A stretch of DNA of 64,000 bases from Thalassobaculaceae bacterium. GTDB taxonomy: Bacteria; Pseudomonadota; Alphaproteobacteria; Thalassobaculales; Thalassobaculaceae. Positions 49,481-60,051 of the stretch are shown piece after piece; position 1 is the stretch's first letter; every line of letters starts with the position of its first letter. A program made the position numbers and the translations under genes. The stretch covers positions 4,508,616-4,572,615 of the forward strand of contig OZ245843.1 in NCBI GenBank assembly GCA_965228875.1. Reading direction: 5' to 3'. The notes under the pieces were generated by a model. The model was not told the origin of the DNA, ran no database searches, and saw only the letters and a program-made list of their open reading frames with translations.

Positions 49481-50241
49481 CGCTTTCCTCCCGCGATCCG
49501 GTCCTCGTAGCGCCGCTGTTTCTGATCGACGCCGGCGTTCAGTGTGCGCCATTCCGGGTGAGCGTCCAGCAGGGCGACGACATCGCGCCAGCCGAACCCC
49601 GGACTGACCGGTGTCAGCGCCTCCAGGATGTGGACGAGCAGCGCGTAGTCCGACCGCTCGTCCAGTGTCCAGCGGTAGCCGCTGAGATCCTCCGGAGCCG
49701 GGTAGCCGGCGGTGCGGAACCGCTCGGGCTGGCGATACAGGAACGGCATCACGTGTTCGCGGTCGTAGCCGTCGCTCGCCTCCGCGTTGGCCGCGCGTAG
49801 CGCCGCCATCGATGCGACCTCGACGTCGAGGCCGATCGGCCAGGTTCGCGGGAAGCTGTTGGTGGCGTAGTCGACCGGCGGGTCGCTGTCCTCGAACACG
49901 CCGATCACCGCGTCGATCAGCGCCGGATCGGTCAGCGGGCAGTCGCCGGTCAGCCGCACGGCGGCGTCGGCGCCGACGCTCTCCGCCGCGGCCACGAACC
50001 GGTCGAGCACGTCGTGTTCGGAGCCTCGGAAAAACGCCACGCCTTCGGCCTGAGCCAGGGCCGCGACCGGATCGTCGTCGGCGTTCGTCGTGGTCGCGAT
50101 GCAGATCGCATCGACGCGTCTCGCCCGGCGCACCCGTGCGATCTGGTGCGCCAGCATCGGTCGCCCGGCGGCGGGGAGCAGCACCTTTCCCGGCAGACGG
50201 GTCGAGGTCATGCGGGCCTGGATCACGGCGGCGACGGTCAC
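49477..50241 (-). CDS. SpsF/PseF-like cytidylyltransferase
   Basis: IQARMTSTRLPGKVL, RGSEHDVLDRF, RLTGDCPL.DP, REHV, RWTLD. Confidence 0.9.
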   Translation of the reverse strand: MTVAAVIQARMTSTRLPGKVLLPAAGRPMLAHQIARVRRARRVDAICIATTTNADDDPVAALAQAEGVAFFRGSEHDVLDRFVAAAESVGADAAVRLTGDCPLTDPALIDAVIGVFEDSDPPVDYATNSFPRTWPIGLDVEVASMAALRAANAEASDGYDREHVMPFLYRQPERFRTAGYPAPEDLSGYRWTLDERSDYALLVHILEALTPVSPGFGWRDVVALLDAHPEWRTLNAGVDQKQRRYEDRIAGGKR

Positions 50242-50315
50242 GAGCTTCTCCTTTGCGCCGCCGAGGTTAGCACGTGGGCGTCGCGTCCAACCCGTCGAGC
50301 GACTAGGCTCTGGCG

Positions 50316-50780
50316 ATGGACGAACCGCCGCCCCTGAGCCTGCGTCGCGCGACCGCGGCTGATTCCGCGGATCTGCTGGCCTGGCGCAACGATCCGCTGA
50401 CCCGCGCGAACTCGCGGAACACCCAAGCCGTTGCACCGGACGGGCACGAGGCCTGGCTGGCGCGCGTGTTGGCGGACGCGAATCGGCGGCTGTGGATCGG
50501 CGAGTTGGCGGGCGCCACCGTCGGCACGGCGTCGGCGGTCCGGGATCTGCGGGGCGCGGTCGAGATCTCCGTCACCGTCGCCCCCGAGGCAAGAGGTCGC
50601 GGGATCGCCACCCGGTTGGTGCGGGCGGCGGTGGCAGAGGCCCGGCGCCTCTGGCCCGGCGCGCCGATCCGGGCGGAGATCAAGCCGGACAACCGGGCCA
50701 GCCGGGCCGTGTTCGAGGCTTGCGGCTTCACTCTGGTGGGCGATCGCGGCGACCTGCTGGACTATTCCCTGGCCGAGTGA
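50316..50780 (+). CDS. GNAT acetyltransferase (PseH-like)
   Basis: LLAWRNDP..R..S, H.AW, RGRGIA, DNRASRAVFEACGF. Confidence 0.8.
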   Translation: MDEPPPLSLRRATAADSADLLAWRNDPLTRANSRNTQAVAPDGHEAWLARVLADANRRLWIGELAGATVGTASAVRDLRGAVEISVTVAPEARGRGIATRLVRAAVAEARRLWPGAPIRAEIKPDNRASRAVFEACGFTLVGDRGDLLDYSLAE

Positions 50781-51910
50781 TGGCCGCCGCTTCGCTCGGC
50801 GACGGCGTGGGCGACGACCTGGGCAATGGTGCGGGCGACCCGGTCGGCGCCGCGTCCGTCGACCAGTTCGCGGGCCCTGAGGCCGAGAGCGCGCCGGCGG
50901 TGGTCGTCACCGATAAGGTCGGCGATGGTGTCCGCCAGCGTGGAGCCGTCCACGCTGTCCCACGGGCCGATATCGATCCCGCCGCCTCGGTCGGCCAGGG
51001 CGGCGGCCGGTCCGGTCTCGGTCTCGTTCTGGGCCCCGACGATCATCGGCACGCCGAGCGCGGCCATCTCCAGCAGGGTCGACCCGGCGGCCGAGACGGC
51101 GAGATCGACCCCGCGCAGCAGTCCGGCCATGTCGCGAACGTCGTGGCGGACGTCGATGCGGAGATGCAGGTCGGCGGCATGCTCCTGCAAGGCAGTGACC
51201 GCAGGGTTCGCCGCGCCGGCGACCACGACGATCTCCGGATCCGCCGCCGGCCGCTGCACCGCCAGGCGCTCCGCCGCCCGCGCGGCCGCATTGAGGGCAA
51301 GCCGGGTGTATTCCTTGGGGTCGGCACCGCCCATCAGGATCAGCAGACGAATACCGGCGTCGGTCTCGACGAAGCGGTCGTGCGCGTCGTTGCGGAACTC
51401 GCGGCGCAGCAGGGCCCATTGCGGCCCCAGGCACAGACGCGCCGCGGTCTTGCCGGCATACAGGGCCGGGTCGGCGTGCAGGTTCTGGTTCACCACCAGC
51501 GCACCCGGGTAGGCGGCGCGGTGACCCATGTCGTCGACCGTGACAAGCGGCACGCCGGCATCCGCGACCGCGGCCAGGTCGCTATCGGCGATGCCCAGGC
51601 CGTCGGCAACCACCGCCGCCGCGTCGTCGATCAGGTCCTCGGGCGGCCAGGATTCGTGCAGCATCACCTCGGCGCCCTCGTCGTGGTAACGCTCGGCGAT
51701 GGCGGGCGGCAGGGCGGTGCAGGCGAGGCGGACGCGGCCTCCGGCGGCGATCCAGCTCTGTGCCAGGGCCAGACAGCGCATCACGTGCCCGATGCCGATG
51801 CTCGGTCCGCCATCGGCCCGGATCACCAGCCTCTCCCCGTTCAAGGGAACGGATTGCGGTTCGGCTTCAATTGCGGCGGCGGGAAGGGTATCGTCTGGCG
51901 GCCGAATCAC
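50762..51910 (-). CDS. pseG: UDP-diacetamido-trideoxy-altropyranose hydrolase PseG; start uncertain
   Basis: [49 protein letters not shown]. Confidence 0.85.
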   Translation of the reverse strand: MIRPPDDTLPAAAIEAEPQSVPLNGERLVIRADGGPSIGIGHVMRCLALAQSWIAAGGRVRLACTALPPAIAERYHDEGAEVMLHESWPPEDLIDDAAAVVADGLGIADSDLAAVADAGVPLVTVDDMGHRAAYPGALVVNQNLHADPALYAGKTAARLCLGPQWALLRREFRNDAHDRFVETDAGIRLLILMGGADPKEYTRLALNAAARAAERLAVQRPAADPEIVVVAGAANPAVTALQEHAADLHLRIDVRHDVRDMAGLLRGVDLAVSAAGSTLLEMAALGVPMIVGAQNETETGPAAALADRGGGIDIGPWDSVDGSTLADTIADLIGDDHRRRALGLRARELVDGRGADRVARTIAQVVAHAVAERSGGHHSARE

Positions 51911-51939
51911 TTGTATTGCCCGGTCGGAGGACGTTGTGG

Positions 51940-53004
51940 GTGCAGGGCGAGATTAGCATAGCCGGACGCCGGATCGGACCCGGACATCCGCCCTACATCG
52001 TTGCCGAGATGTCGGGGAACCATAACGGCGACATCAACCGGGCGTTCCGCATCCTCGAGGCCGCGAGGCGGGCGGGGGCCGACGCGGTCAAGCTACAGAC
52101 CTACACCGCCGATACCATCACCATCGACCACGACGGTCCGGAGTTCCTGATCCATGGCGGGCTGTGGGACGGTCGCCGGCTTCACGAGTTGTACGAGGAG
52201 GCGCACACGCCCTGGGACTGGCACGGGCCGATCTTCGCGAAGGCACGCGAACTCGGGATCACGGTGTTTTCCGCCCCGTTCGATCCGACCGCGGTCGACC
52301 TTCTGGAGAGCCTGGACGCCCCGGCCTACAAGATCGCCAGTCAGGAGGTGGTCGACCTGCCGCTGATCCGCCGGGTGGCGGCGACCGGCAAGCCGATGGT
52401 GATCTCCACCGGCATGGCCAGCCTGGAGGAGATCCGCGAGGCCGTCGACGCCGCACGCGGGGCCGGTGCCGAGGAGATTGTCGTCCTGCACTGCGTCAGC
52501 GCCTATCCGGCGCCGCCGGAGGAAGCCAATCTGCGGACCATCGCCGATCTCGCCGGCCGGCTCGGCGTGGTCACGGGCCTGTCCGACCACACCATGGACA
52601 CCACCGTCGCCACGCTGTCGGTGGCGATGGGGGCGTGTCTGATCGAGAAGCACGTCACGCTCGCCCGCGCCGATGGCGGCGTCGACAGCGCCTTCTCCCT
52701 GGAGCCGGAGGAACTCGCCCGGCTGGTGCGCGACACCCGGATCGCCCATGCCGCTCTCGGTGCGCCGGCCTATCGGCCGACCCGGTCGGAGGAGGCCGGG
52801 CTGAAGTTCCGCCGCTCGCTCTACGTCGTCGCCGACATCGGTGCCGGCGAGCCGCTGACGCAAGCCAACATCCGCTCGATCCGGCCCAGTCTCGGACTGC
52901 CGCCGAAGCACCTCGACGTCGTGCTCGGCCGGGTGGCGGCACGCGATCTGAAGCGCGGAGAACCGCTGGCCGCCGAGATGATCGTGGGCGGCATCGACGC
53001 CTGA
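51940..53004 (+). CDS. pseI: Pseudaminic acid synthase
   Basis: [56 protein letters not shown] before the GTG. Confidence 0.93.
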   Translation: MQGEISIAGRRIGPGHPPYIVAEMSGNHNGDINRAFRILEAARRAGADAVKLQTYTADTITIDHDGPEFLIHGGLWDGRRLHELYEEAHTPWDWHGPIFAKARELGITVFSAPFDPTAVDLLESLDAPAYKIASQEVVDLPLIRRVAATGKPMVISTGMASLEEIREAVDAARGAGAEEIVVLHCVSAYPAPPEEANLRTIADLAGRLGVVTGLSDHTMDTTVATLSVAMGACLIEKHVTLARADGGVDSAFSLEPEELARLVRDTRIAHAALGAPAYRPTRSEEAGLKFRRSLYVVADIGAGEPLTQANIRSIRPSLGLPPKHLDVVLGRVAARDLKRGEPLAAEMIVGGIDA

Positions 53005-53005
53005 T

Positions 53006-54814
53006 ATGAACACGCCGCAGGAGATCCTGGAACGGGCGGCGGCCCTGCAGATGAGCGGACGGGCCGAGCAGGCGATTCCGCTCTACGCCTTCCTGCTGAA
53101 GTCCAACCCCAACCATCCCGAACTGCTGCACCGGCTCGGGATGGCGCTGTACCAGATTGGCCGCCACGAGGCTGCCGAGCAGATGATCGCCGGCGCCATC
53201 GAACGCAGTCCGGGCGAGGCCGGTTACCGACACAATCACGGCGTCGTCCTGCAGGCGCTGGACCGCCTCGACGACGCGGTGGCCGCCTACGAGGCCGCGC
53301 TGCACCGCGATCCGGTGCGCGCCGACACGCTGGCGGTGCTGGGCGGCATCCTGGCCATCGGTCCGCGGCGCGCGGAAGGTGTGGCGATGCTGCACCGCGC
53401 CGCCGTCCTGATGCCGGCCGGCGACGAGATCTGGACCCGGATCGCCAACCATATGAACACGGTCTCGGATCTTCGGGCGGCCGAGCGGTTCCGACGCCAC
53501 GCCCTGGCCGCGGCACCGGGCAACCCGGAGCGCTGGGTCTCGCACGCCCTGGCGCTTATGGACCTTGAAATGGGCGAAGATGCGATGCGGCGGTTCCGGG
53601 CGGCGGCGGCCATCGCCCCGACCCATGTCGAGGCCTACAACCATCTGGCCTGGCTGCAGACGGCGCGACTGATGATCCGCGAGGCACGGGTCGGTTTCGC
53701 CCGTGCCCTGGCCGCACGCCCCACGCTGGCGTCGGCCCGCGCCGGGCTGGCGGAGGCGGCGTTCGCCGCCGGCGACGCGCAGGGGGCAATCCGACACATG
53801 CGGGAGGCGCTGGAGATCGCGCCCGGCGAGATCCACTACCGCTTCCGGCTGGGGATCCAGCAGCTCTCGATCGGCGAGATGGAGGACGGCTGGGCGAACT
53901 ACGCCTATCTGCGGAGGAAGTCGGGGGCAGTGCGCCGGGATCCGCGGATCACCCAGTGGCTCGGAGAACCGTCGGCGGACAACACGCTGCTGATCGCCGC
54001 CGACCAGGGAGTCGGGGACGAACTGCTGCATGCCTGCTGCATCGCCGACGCGGCACGCGACGTGGGCCGGATCGTGATCGAGTGCGACGCGCGCATCGTC
54101 GCCCTGATGCGGCGCAGCTTTCCCTACGCCTACGTCCACGCCTACCACCGTGTCGGCGACCGGAACCTTCCGGAACACCTGTACGACTGGGTCCCGGAGG
54201 AGTGGTGGCCCGACCATTTCGCCGACGGCGCGGCGCTTCTGGGAAAGTATCGCGGCACCCCGGCGCAGGCCGATGCGGCGGCCAGTCCCTGGCTGAAGCC
54301 AGATCCGGTGCGGGTGGAGGAGATGCGGGAGAAGCTCGCGGCGCTCGGCGACGGCCCGAAAATCGGCGTCGCCTGGCGCAGCCGCCGCCTGACCACGTTC
54401 CGCGCGGCGCACTATCCTGGTTTCTCGCCGTTCAGCGAACTGTTCAAGGTTCCCGGCGCCACCTTCGTGTCACTGCAGTACGGTGTCGGCTGGCAGGACG
54501 AGATCCGCGCTTCGGGGGCGCCCGTGGCGACGATCGACGGGCTCGACACCACCGACGATATCGACGGGGTGTTCGCGCTGGTCGAGGCACTGGACCTGGT
54601 GATCTGCCCGTCCAGCACGGTCGGTTGGATCGGCGCCTCGCTCGGCAAGCCGGTCTGGCTGCTCTACAACACGCCGGTCTTTCTCGAATACGGCACCGAC
54701 CGTTTCCCCGGCTTTCCGACGATCCGCTGCTTCCGCAAGACCCAGATCGACCCCTGGCGGGCGCTGATGCGCCGGGTCGCCCGGGCGCTGGCCACCCACC
54801 TGGCTCAGGTCTGA
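53006..54814 (+). CDS. TPR + GT-B protein, FlmG-like nonulosonate glycosyltransferase candidate
   Basis: TPRs, then W.Y..R, DQGVGDEL, KIGVAWRS, FVSLQYG, LDLVI, GASLGKPVW; 1 nt after pseI. Confidence 0.7.
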   Translation: MNTPQEILERAAALQMSGRAEQAIPLYAFLLKSNPNHPELLHRLGMALYQIGRHEAAEQMIAGAIERSPGEAGYRHNHGVVLQALDRLDDAVAAYEAALHRDPVRADTLAVLGGILAIGPRRAEGVAMLHRAAVLMPAGDEIWTRIANHMNTVSDLRAAERFRRHALAAAPGNPERWVSHALALMDLEMGEDAMRRFRAAAAIAPTHVEAYNHLAWLQTARLMIREARVGFARALAARPTLASARAGLAEAAFAAGDAQGAIRHMREALEIAPGEIHYRFRLGIQQLSIGEMEDGWANYAYLRRKSGAVRRDPRITQWLGEPSADNTLLIAADQGVGDELLHACCIADAARDVGRIVIECDARIVALMRRSFPYAYVHAYHRVGDRNLPEHLYDWVPEEWWPDHFADGAALLGKYRGTPAQADAAASPWLKPDPVRVEEMREKLAALGDGPKIGVAWRSRRLTTFRAAHYPGFSPFSELFKVPGATFVSLQYGVGWQDEIRASGAPVATIDGLDTTDDIDGVFALVEALDLVICPSSTVGWIGASLGKPVWLLYNTPVFLEYGTDRFPGFPTIRCFRKTQIDPWRALMRRVARALATHLAQV

Positions 54815-55758
54815 GAGGGGGAGGGCGGCGCGGTGACCTTCTTGCCGCGCACGGTCTCGCGGTAGGTGATGTAGAGCCCGCTGGAGATTATGACGCCGGC
54901 GCCGACGAACATCCAGACATCGGGGAACGTGCCGAACACGAAGTAGCTGAGTGCGATCGCCATCACCAGCTGACCGTAGTTGAACGGCGCCAGGACCGAG
55001 GCCTCGCCATACTGGAAGGCGCGGATCACGAAGTAGTGGCCGAGCCCGCCGATCAGGCCGAGCAGGGCGAACAGGCCGGTGTCCAGAAGCGACACCGGCG
55101 TCACCCAGTAGAACGGCAGGGCCAGCGACGAGATCACCGCGCCGACGATGGCGATGTAGGTGATCGAGGTCTCGGGCGGATCGGCGGCCGAGAACTTACG
55201 GGTGAAGATCTGATAGGTCGCGTAGCAGAACGCCGTCCCCAGGACCAGGATCATGGCCCAGTGCGCCTCGCCGCCGCCGGGTCGGATAATGATGAGAGCA
55301 CCGACGAAACCGACGGCGACCGCCGTCCAGCGCCGCACGCCGACCGCCTCTCCGAGGAACGGGGCGGCGAGCGCCGTGACGATCAGCGGCGAGATGAAGT
55401 TGATCGCGCTCGCCGTCGGTACATCGATGAAGCGCAGGGCGGTGAAGAAGCAGACCGTCGCCGCGAACATCAGGACCGAGCGGATGATGTGAACCCCCGG
55501 GCGACTGGCCCGCAGCAGCGACAGCCCGCGCGTCGGCATGAACATCGCCAGCACGAAGACCAGATGTCCGGCATAGCGGGCCCACACCACCTGGACCGTG
55601 TGGTAGTCGCCGGACAGGAACTTGGCGGCGACGTTCATGAACGGCAGCAGGTTGATGGCCAGCGCCATGAACAGGATCGCCCGCATCGCGTCCTGGGCCG
55701 GAGCGGCCGGTCGCGAAGATGACGGTCGCGGGGATGTCGTCGGGGAGGTTGTTACCAT
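54805..55758 (-). CDS. DMT/EamA-family transporter
   Basis: 10-TM pattern, LGEAVGVRRW, IIIRPG, ASVLAPFNY. Confidence 0.9.
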   Translation of the reverse strand: MVTTSPTTSPRPSSSRPAAPAQDAMRAILFMALAINLLPFMNVAAKFLSGDYHTVQVVWARYAGHLVFVLAMFMPTRGLSLLRASRPGVHIIRSVLMFAATVCFFTALRFIDVPTASAINFISPLIVTALAAPFLGEAVGVRRWTAVAVGFVGALIIIRPGGGEAHWAMILVLGTAFCYATYQIFTRKFSAADPPETSITYIAIVGAVISSLALPFYWVTPVSLLDTGLFALLGLIGGLGHYFVIRAFQYGEASVLAPFNYGQLVMAIALSYFVFGTFPDVWMFVGAGVIISSGLYITYRETVRGKKVTAPPSPSQT

Positions 55759-55865
55759 GGCAACAGACTAGCCCAGGCGTATGCTGCGGTGCACCCCGCG
55801 ATCCGGATCTTCCGTGTTGCCGTGACGGCAGCTATCGTCGCGTCTCTGTTTTCAGGGAGGTGCAT

Positions 55866-56534
55866 ATGGGAGCGCGGACATTGCGGTTCGACACGCCGGG
55901 CGGCGCGGTCGAGGTTGCGGCGACAGCGTGTGTCGTCGCCGGTTGGACCGGGCGCGACAGGGCCGCGATCGACCACCACATCGAGGAACTCGCCGAGATC
56001 GGCGTGCCGGGGCCGAGCACCGTCCCGCTGTACTATCGCGTGGCGGTCGAGCAGCTGACCCAGGACACCCGCGTCCAGGTGCTCGGCGGCGACAGTTCCG
56101 GCGAGGTGGAGCCGGTCCTGGTCGCGACGGAGGCCGGCCTTCTGCTGACCGTCGGTTCGGACCATACCGACCGCAAGGTGGAGACCTATTCCATCGCCGT
56201 CTCCAAGCAGATGTGTCCGAAGGTTCTCGGCACCGCCGCCTGGCCGGTGTCGCTCGACGACGATCTCGACGCCCTCGTCCTGCAGTCCGTGGCGACGATC
56301 GGCGGCGAGGAGGTGGTGTATCAGAGCGGCACGTTCGCCCTGATCCGTCCGCTGCGCGACCTGGTCGCGGGCTTTGGCGGTCTCGCGCCGGGCACGGTCA
56401 TGCTGTGCGGGACCGTGCCGGTCACCGGCGGCATCCGCCCGGCGGATCGTCTTGCCCTGTCGATCTCCGATCCGGACGGCGACCGCACCCTGAGCCATGC
56501 CTATGACATCGAAACCCTTGCGGTGGTGAGCTGA
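55866..56534 (+). CDS. DUF2848-family protein (FAH-like)
   Basis: AGWTGRD..AIDHHIEEL, SSGEVE, VGSDHTDR, SKQMCPK. Confidence 0.85.
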   Translation: MGARTLRFDTPGGAVEVAATACVVAGWTGRDRAAIDHHIEELAEIGVPGPSTVPLYYRVAVEQLTQDTRVQVLGGDSSGEVEPVLVATEAGLLLTVGSDHTDRKVETYSIAVSKQMCPKVLGTAAWPVSLDDDLDALVLQSVATIGGEEVVYQSGTFALIRPLRDLVAGFGGLAPGTVMLCGTVPVTGGIRPADRLALSISDPDGDRTLSHAYDIETLAVVS

Positions 56535-56537
56535 ACC

Positions 56538-57893
56538 ATGACTTTCGCGCCGAAGACCCCGATCGCCGAGATCCTGACCGCGCTGGATACCGGCGAGGCC
56601 ACGGCCACGGCTCTGCTGGACACCGCGCTCGGGCGGGCAAAGGACCCCGCCGGCGAGGGCGCGCGGGTGTTCACCGCCCTGATGGAGAGCAGCGCCCGGG
56701 CCGAGGCGGCGGCGAGCGACGGGCTGCGGAAGGCCGGGGTGCCGCCCCGCGCGCTTGAGGGGCTTCCGATCTCGATCAAGGATCTGTTCGACGTCAGGGG
56801 CGCGGTCACGACCGCCGGCTCCAAGGTGCTGGCGGGCGAACCGCCGGCGGAGGCCGACGCGCCGGTGATCGCCCGGCTGCGCGCCGCCGGAGCGGTCCTG
56901 GTCGGGCGCACCAACATGACCGAGTTCGCCTATTCCGGTCTCGGCATCAATCCGCATTACGGGACGCCGGCCAACGCGTGGGATCGGGCGTCCAAGCGGA
57001 TTCCCGGCGGATCGTCCTCCGGGGCGGCGGTCAGCGTGACCGACGGCATGGCGGCGGTCGGGCTCGGCACCGACACCGGCGGGTCGGTGCGTATTCCTTC
57101 CGGATTGTGCGGCCTCGCCGGCTTCAAGCCGACCCAGAGCCGGGTGCCGATCGCCGGGGCGGTGCCGCTGTCGACGTCGCTCGACAGCATCGGCCCGCTG
57201 GCGCCGACGCTGGAGTGCTGTGCCCGGGTCCATCAGGTGCTCGCCGGCGAGCCGGTGCGGCCGATCCCGGCGTTGCCGGTGCGCGGCCTGCGTCTCGCGG
57301 TGCCCCGGGAGTTCGTTCTGGACGACCTGGACGCGCCGACGGCGGCGGCGTTCAGTGCGGCGCTGACCAGGATCTCCGAGGCGGGCGCCACGGTGATCGA
57401 CCTGTCGGTTCCTGAACTTCTGGAGCTGCCGGTCGTGAACGCCAAGGGTGGCTTCACCGCGCCGGAGAGCTACGCCCTGCATGAGCGTCACATCCTGCGC
57501 GATCCAGATGCCTTCGATCCCCGTGTCATCTCCCGCATGCGCCGCGCCGGCGAGCAGTCGGCCGCCGAATACTACGCCCTCGTCAACGCCCGCGCGGACA
57601 TCCAGGCGCGGGTGGCGGCCAGGACCTCCGCGTTCGACGCCGTGCTGATGCCGACGACGCCGCGAATCGCGCCACCGATCGCCGAACTGGACGGTGACGA
57701 CGCCGCCTATGGGACGGTGAATCTTCTGATGCTGCGGAACTGTTCAGTCGGAAACTTCCTCGACCGGTGCGCCGCCACCTTCCCGGTCAACGAGCCCGGA
57801 TCAGCTCCGGTGGGGCTGATGGTGATGGGCGAGACCCTGGCGGACGACCGGACGCTGGCCGTCGCCCAGGGTCTGGAGATGCTGTTCCAGTAA
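56538..57893 (+). CDS. Amidase-signature family amidase
   Basis: ISIKDLFD, GGSSSG, GTDTGGSVRIP. Confidence 0.93.
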   Translation: MTFAPKTPIAEILTALDTGEATATALLDTALGRAKDPAGEGARVFTALMESSARAEAAASDGLRKAGVPPRALEGLPISIKDLFDVRGAVTTAGSKVLAGEPPAEADAPVIARLRAAGAVLVGRTNMTEFAYSGLGINPHYGTPANAWDRASKRIPGGSSSGAAVSVTDGMAAVGLGTDTGGSVRIPSGLCGLAGFKPTQSRVPIAGAVPLSTSLDSIGPLAPTLECCARVHQVLAGEPVRPIPALPVRGLRLAVPREFVLDDLDAPTAAAFSAALTRISEAGATVIDLSVPELLELPVVNAKGGFTAPESYALHERHILRDPDAFDPRVISRMRRAGEQSAAEYYALVNARADIQARVAARTSAFDAVLMPTTPRIAPPIAELDGDDAAYGTVNLLMLRNCSVGNFLDRCAATFPVNEPGSAPVGLMVMGETLADDRTLAVAQGLEMLFQ

Positions 57894-58016
57894 GGTCTGC
57901 ATGTAACATAGTTTCGCCGGTTCAAGGGGTTGCGAAATTTTCCTTGCGACCCAAAGTGGGAGTCGTACGCTTTGAAGTCCGGGAACCCATCCCGGAGACG
58001 TCGAAAGGAGGTTCGA

Positions 58017-58184
58017 ATGACAGCATTTGATCGGATCGACTCCCTGCGCGCCCGCCATGCCTGGCTCGAGGAGAAGTTGGAGAACGAATCCGGACGACCT
58101 TTACCCGACGATGTCGCAGTCCACGACCTGAAGCGTCAGAAACTGGCGGTCAAGGACGAGATCGCGCGACTGGAGCGCGTCTAG
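58017..58184 (+). CDS. DUF465 (YdcH-like) small coiled-coil protein
   Basis: LRARH..LE....E..RPLPD.....LKRQKLAVKDEI; AAGGAGG RBS. Confidence 0.85.
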   Translation: MTAFDRIDSLRARHAWLEEKLENESGRPLPDDVAVHDLKRQKLAVKDEIARLERV

Positions 58185-58261
58185 CCGAGGACAGTCCACC
58201 CTGCCAGTTTCGTCCAGCCCGCTCGCCATTCACCGCTTGGGCGATCGGGCTGGCCTCCCGG

Positions 58262-58293
58262 GCCCGCCTTTCACAGGAAAGGCGGGCTTCGTT
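58262..58293 (+). terminator. Rho-independent terminator
   Basis: GCCCGCCTTTC-ACAG-GAAAGGCGGGC followed by TTCGTT. Confidence 0.7.
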
Positions 58294-58406
58294 ATGTCGG
58301 AACCTCCGCCCACGCGTCCCTTCTCGCCGCCACCCACGGTCTTGCCCCGGAGGCCTGGCGGGTGGACAGTGAACGCGACGACAATCGGCCGCCAGGAGTT
58401 CACCCG

Positions 58407-59543
58407 ATGACCACGCCGCCACCCGCCAGGGTTGGAGACCCCGCCGCTGCGATCGATACGCCCGCTCTGGTCATCGACCTCGACGCGTTCGAGCGCAATC
58501 TCGACCGCATGGCGGCGTTCGCCCGCGAGACCGGTGTGCGCATCCGTCCGCACGCCAAGACCCACAAGTCGCCGATGGTCGCCAGACTGCAGGTCGAGCG
58601 CGGCGCCGTCGGACAGTGCTGTCAGAAGGTCGCCGAGGCCGAGATCCTGGTCGATGCCGGGATCACCGATGTTCTGGTCTCCAACCAGATCGTCGGCACC
58701 GCCAAGGTCGCACGGCTGGCGGCGCTGGCCCGGCGTGCCCGGATCGGGGTGTGCGCCGACGATCCGGTTCAGGTCGACGCCTATGCCGCCGCCGCACGCG
58801 CCTATGGGGTGGAGTTGCATGTGCTGGTCGAGATCGACGTCGGCGCCGCGCGCTGCGGCGTCGCGCCGGGAGCGCCGGCGGTCGACCTGGCCCGGCGGAT
58901 CGCGGCGGCGGACGGTCTGAGTTTCGACGGCGTGCAGGCCTATCACGGCGCGGCGCAACACATCCGCGGCTTCAACGAGCGCCGGGCGGCGATCGGCAAG
59001 GCCGGCGAGGCGGTGGCCGCGACGGTCGACGCGCTTGCCGGGGCTGGGCTGGAGTGCCGGACCATCGGCGGTGCCGGCACCGGCAGCTTCCGCTTCGAGA
59101 CCGCGACAGGGCTGTGGAACGAGCTTCAGCCCGGTTCCTACTGCTTCATGGACGCGGACTACGGCCGCAACCTCGGCGAGGACAACAGCGAGGGACTGGA
59201 GTTCGAACACGCGCTGTTCGTCGCCGCTACGGTGATGAGTGCCGCCGGAGCGGGGCGCGCTGTGGTCGATGCCGGTCACAAGGCCTCGGCCATCGACAGC
59301 GGCCTGCCGACGGTCTGGCAGCGCCGCGACACCGACTACGTCTCCGCCTCCGACGAGCACGGCAAGCTGTCGCTGGGCGCCGCGGCGTCCCCGATCGCGC
59401 TCGGCGACCGGGTCTGGCTGGTTCCTGGCCACGTGGATCCGACCGTCAACCTGCACGACTGGTATGTCGGGGTGCGCGGCGGTCTCGACGCTGGCTACGT
59501 TGAGAGCCTCTGGCCGGTGGCGGCGCGCGGGGCGATGACCTGA
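58407..59543 (+). CDS. DSD1-family PLP enzyme (D-threonine aldolase / D-serine dehydratase-like)
   Basis: TPALVIDLD, RPHAKTHK, QAYHG, GAGTG, ELQPGSY.FMD, DEHG, PGHVDPTVNLHD. Confidence 0.9.
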   Translation: MTTPPPARVGDPAAAIDTPALVIDLDAFERNLDRMAAFARETGVRIRPHAKTHKSPMVARLQVERGAVGQCCQKVAEAEILVDAGITDVLVSNQIVGTAKVARLAALARRARIGVCADDPVQVDAYAAAARAYGVELHVLVEIDVGAARCGVAPGAPAVDLARRIAAADGLSFDGVQAYHGAAQHIRGFNERRAAIGKAGEAVAATVDALAGAGLECRTIGGAGTGSFRFETATGLWNELQPGSYCFMDADYGRNLGEDNSEGLEFEHALFVAATVMSAAGAGRAVVDAGHKASAIDSGLPTVWQRRDTDYVSASDEHGKLSLGAAASPIALGDRVWLVPGHVDPTVNLHDWYVGVRGGLDAGYVESLWPVAARGAMT

Positions 59544-59592
59544 ACGTCGGCGCGCGTTGACAGCCGCGCGGCAACGCGCCAAATCCTGGGAT

Positions 59593-60042
59593 ATGGATCA
59601 GATGTCACCCGAGGCGCCCGAGCGCGCGATCGACGCGGAGCAGGCGGAGCTCATCGACGAATTCGCCTTCTTCGACGACTGGATGCAGCGCTACGAGTAC
59701 CTCATCGACCTCGGCCGCAAGCTGCCGCCGCTGGACGACGCCTACAAGCGGGACGCCTTCAAGCTGAAGGGCTGCCAGAGCCAAGTCTGGCTCGCCGGGG
59801 AGAAGCGCGGCGACCGGCTGGTGTTTCACGCCATCAGCGACGCCGCCATCGTCTCCGGGATCATCGCCCTGCTGCTCCGGGTCTACTCGAACCGCACGCC
59901 GTCGGAGATCGTCGCGACCGAGCCGGACTTCATTCCGGCTATCGGGCTGGACGCGCATCTGTCGCCGACCCGCAAGAACGGTCTCGGGGCCATGCTCAAG
60001 GCGATCAAGGAGCGCGCCCGGGCCGAGCTCGAGGCGGCGTAG
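59593..60042 (+). CDS. sufE: Fe-S cluster sulfur acceptor SufE
   Basis: DDWMQRYEYLIDLG, GCQSQVW, SDAAIVSG, LSPTRKNGL. Confidence 0.92.
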   Translation: MDQMSPEAPERAIDAEQAELIDEFAFFDDWMQRYEYLIDLGRKLPPLDDAYKRDAFKLKGCQSQVWLAGEKRGDRLVFHAISDAAIVSGIIALLLRVYSNRTPSEIVATEPDFIPAIGLDAHLSPTRKNGLGAMLKAIKERARAELEAA

Positions 60043-60051
60043 GCGGCGACG

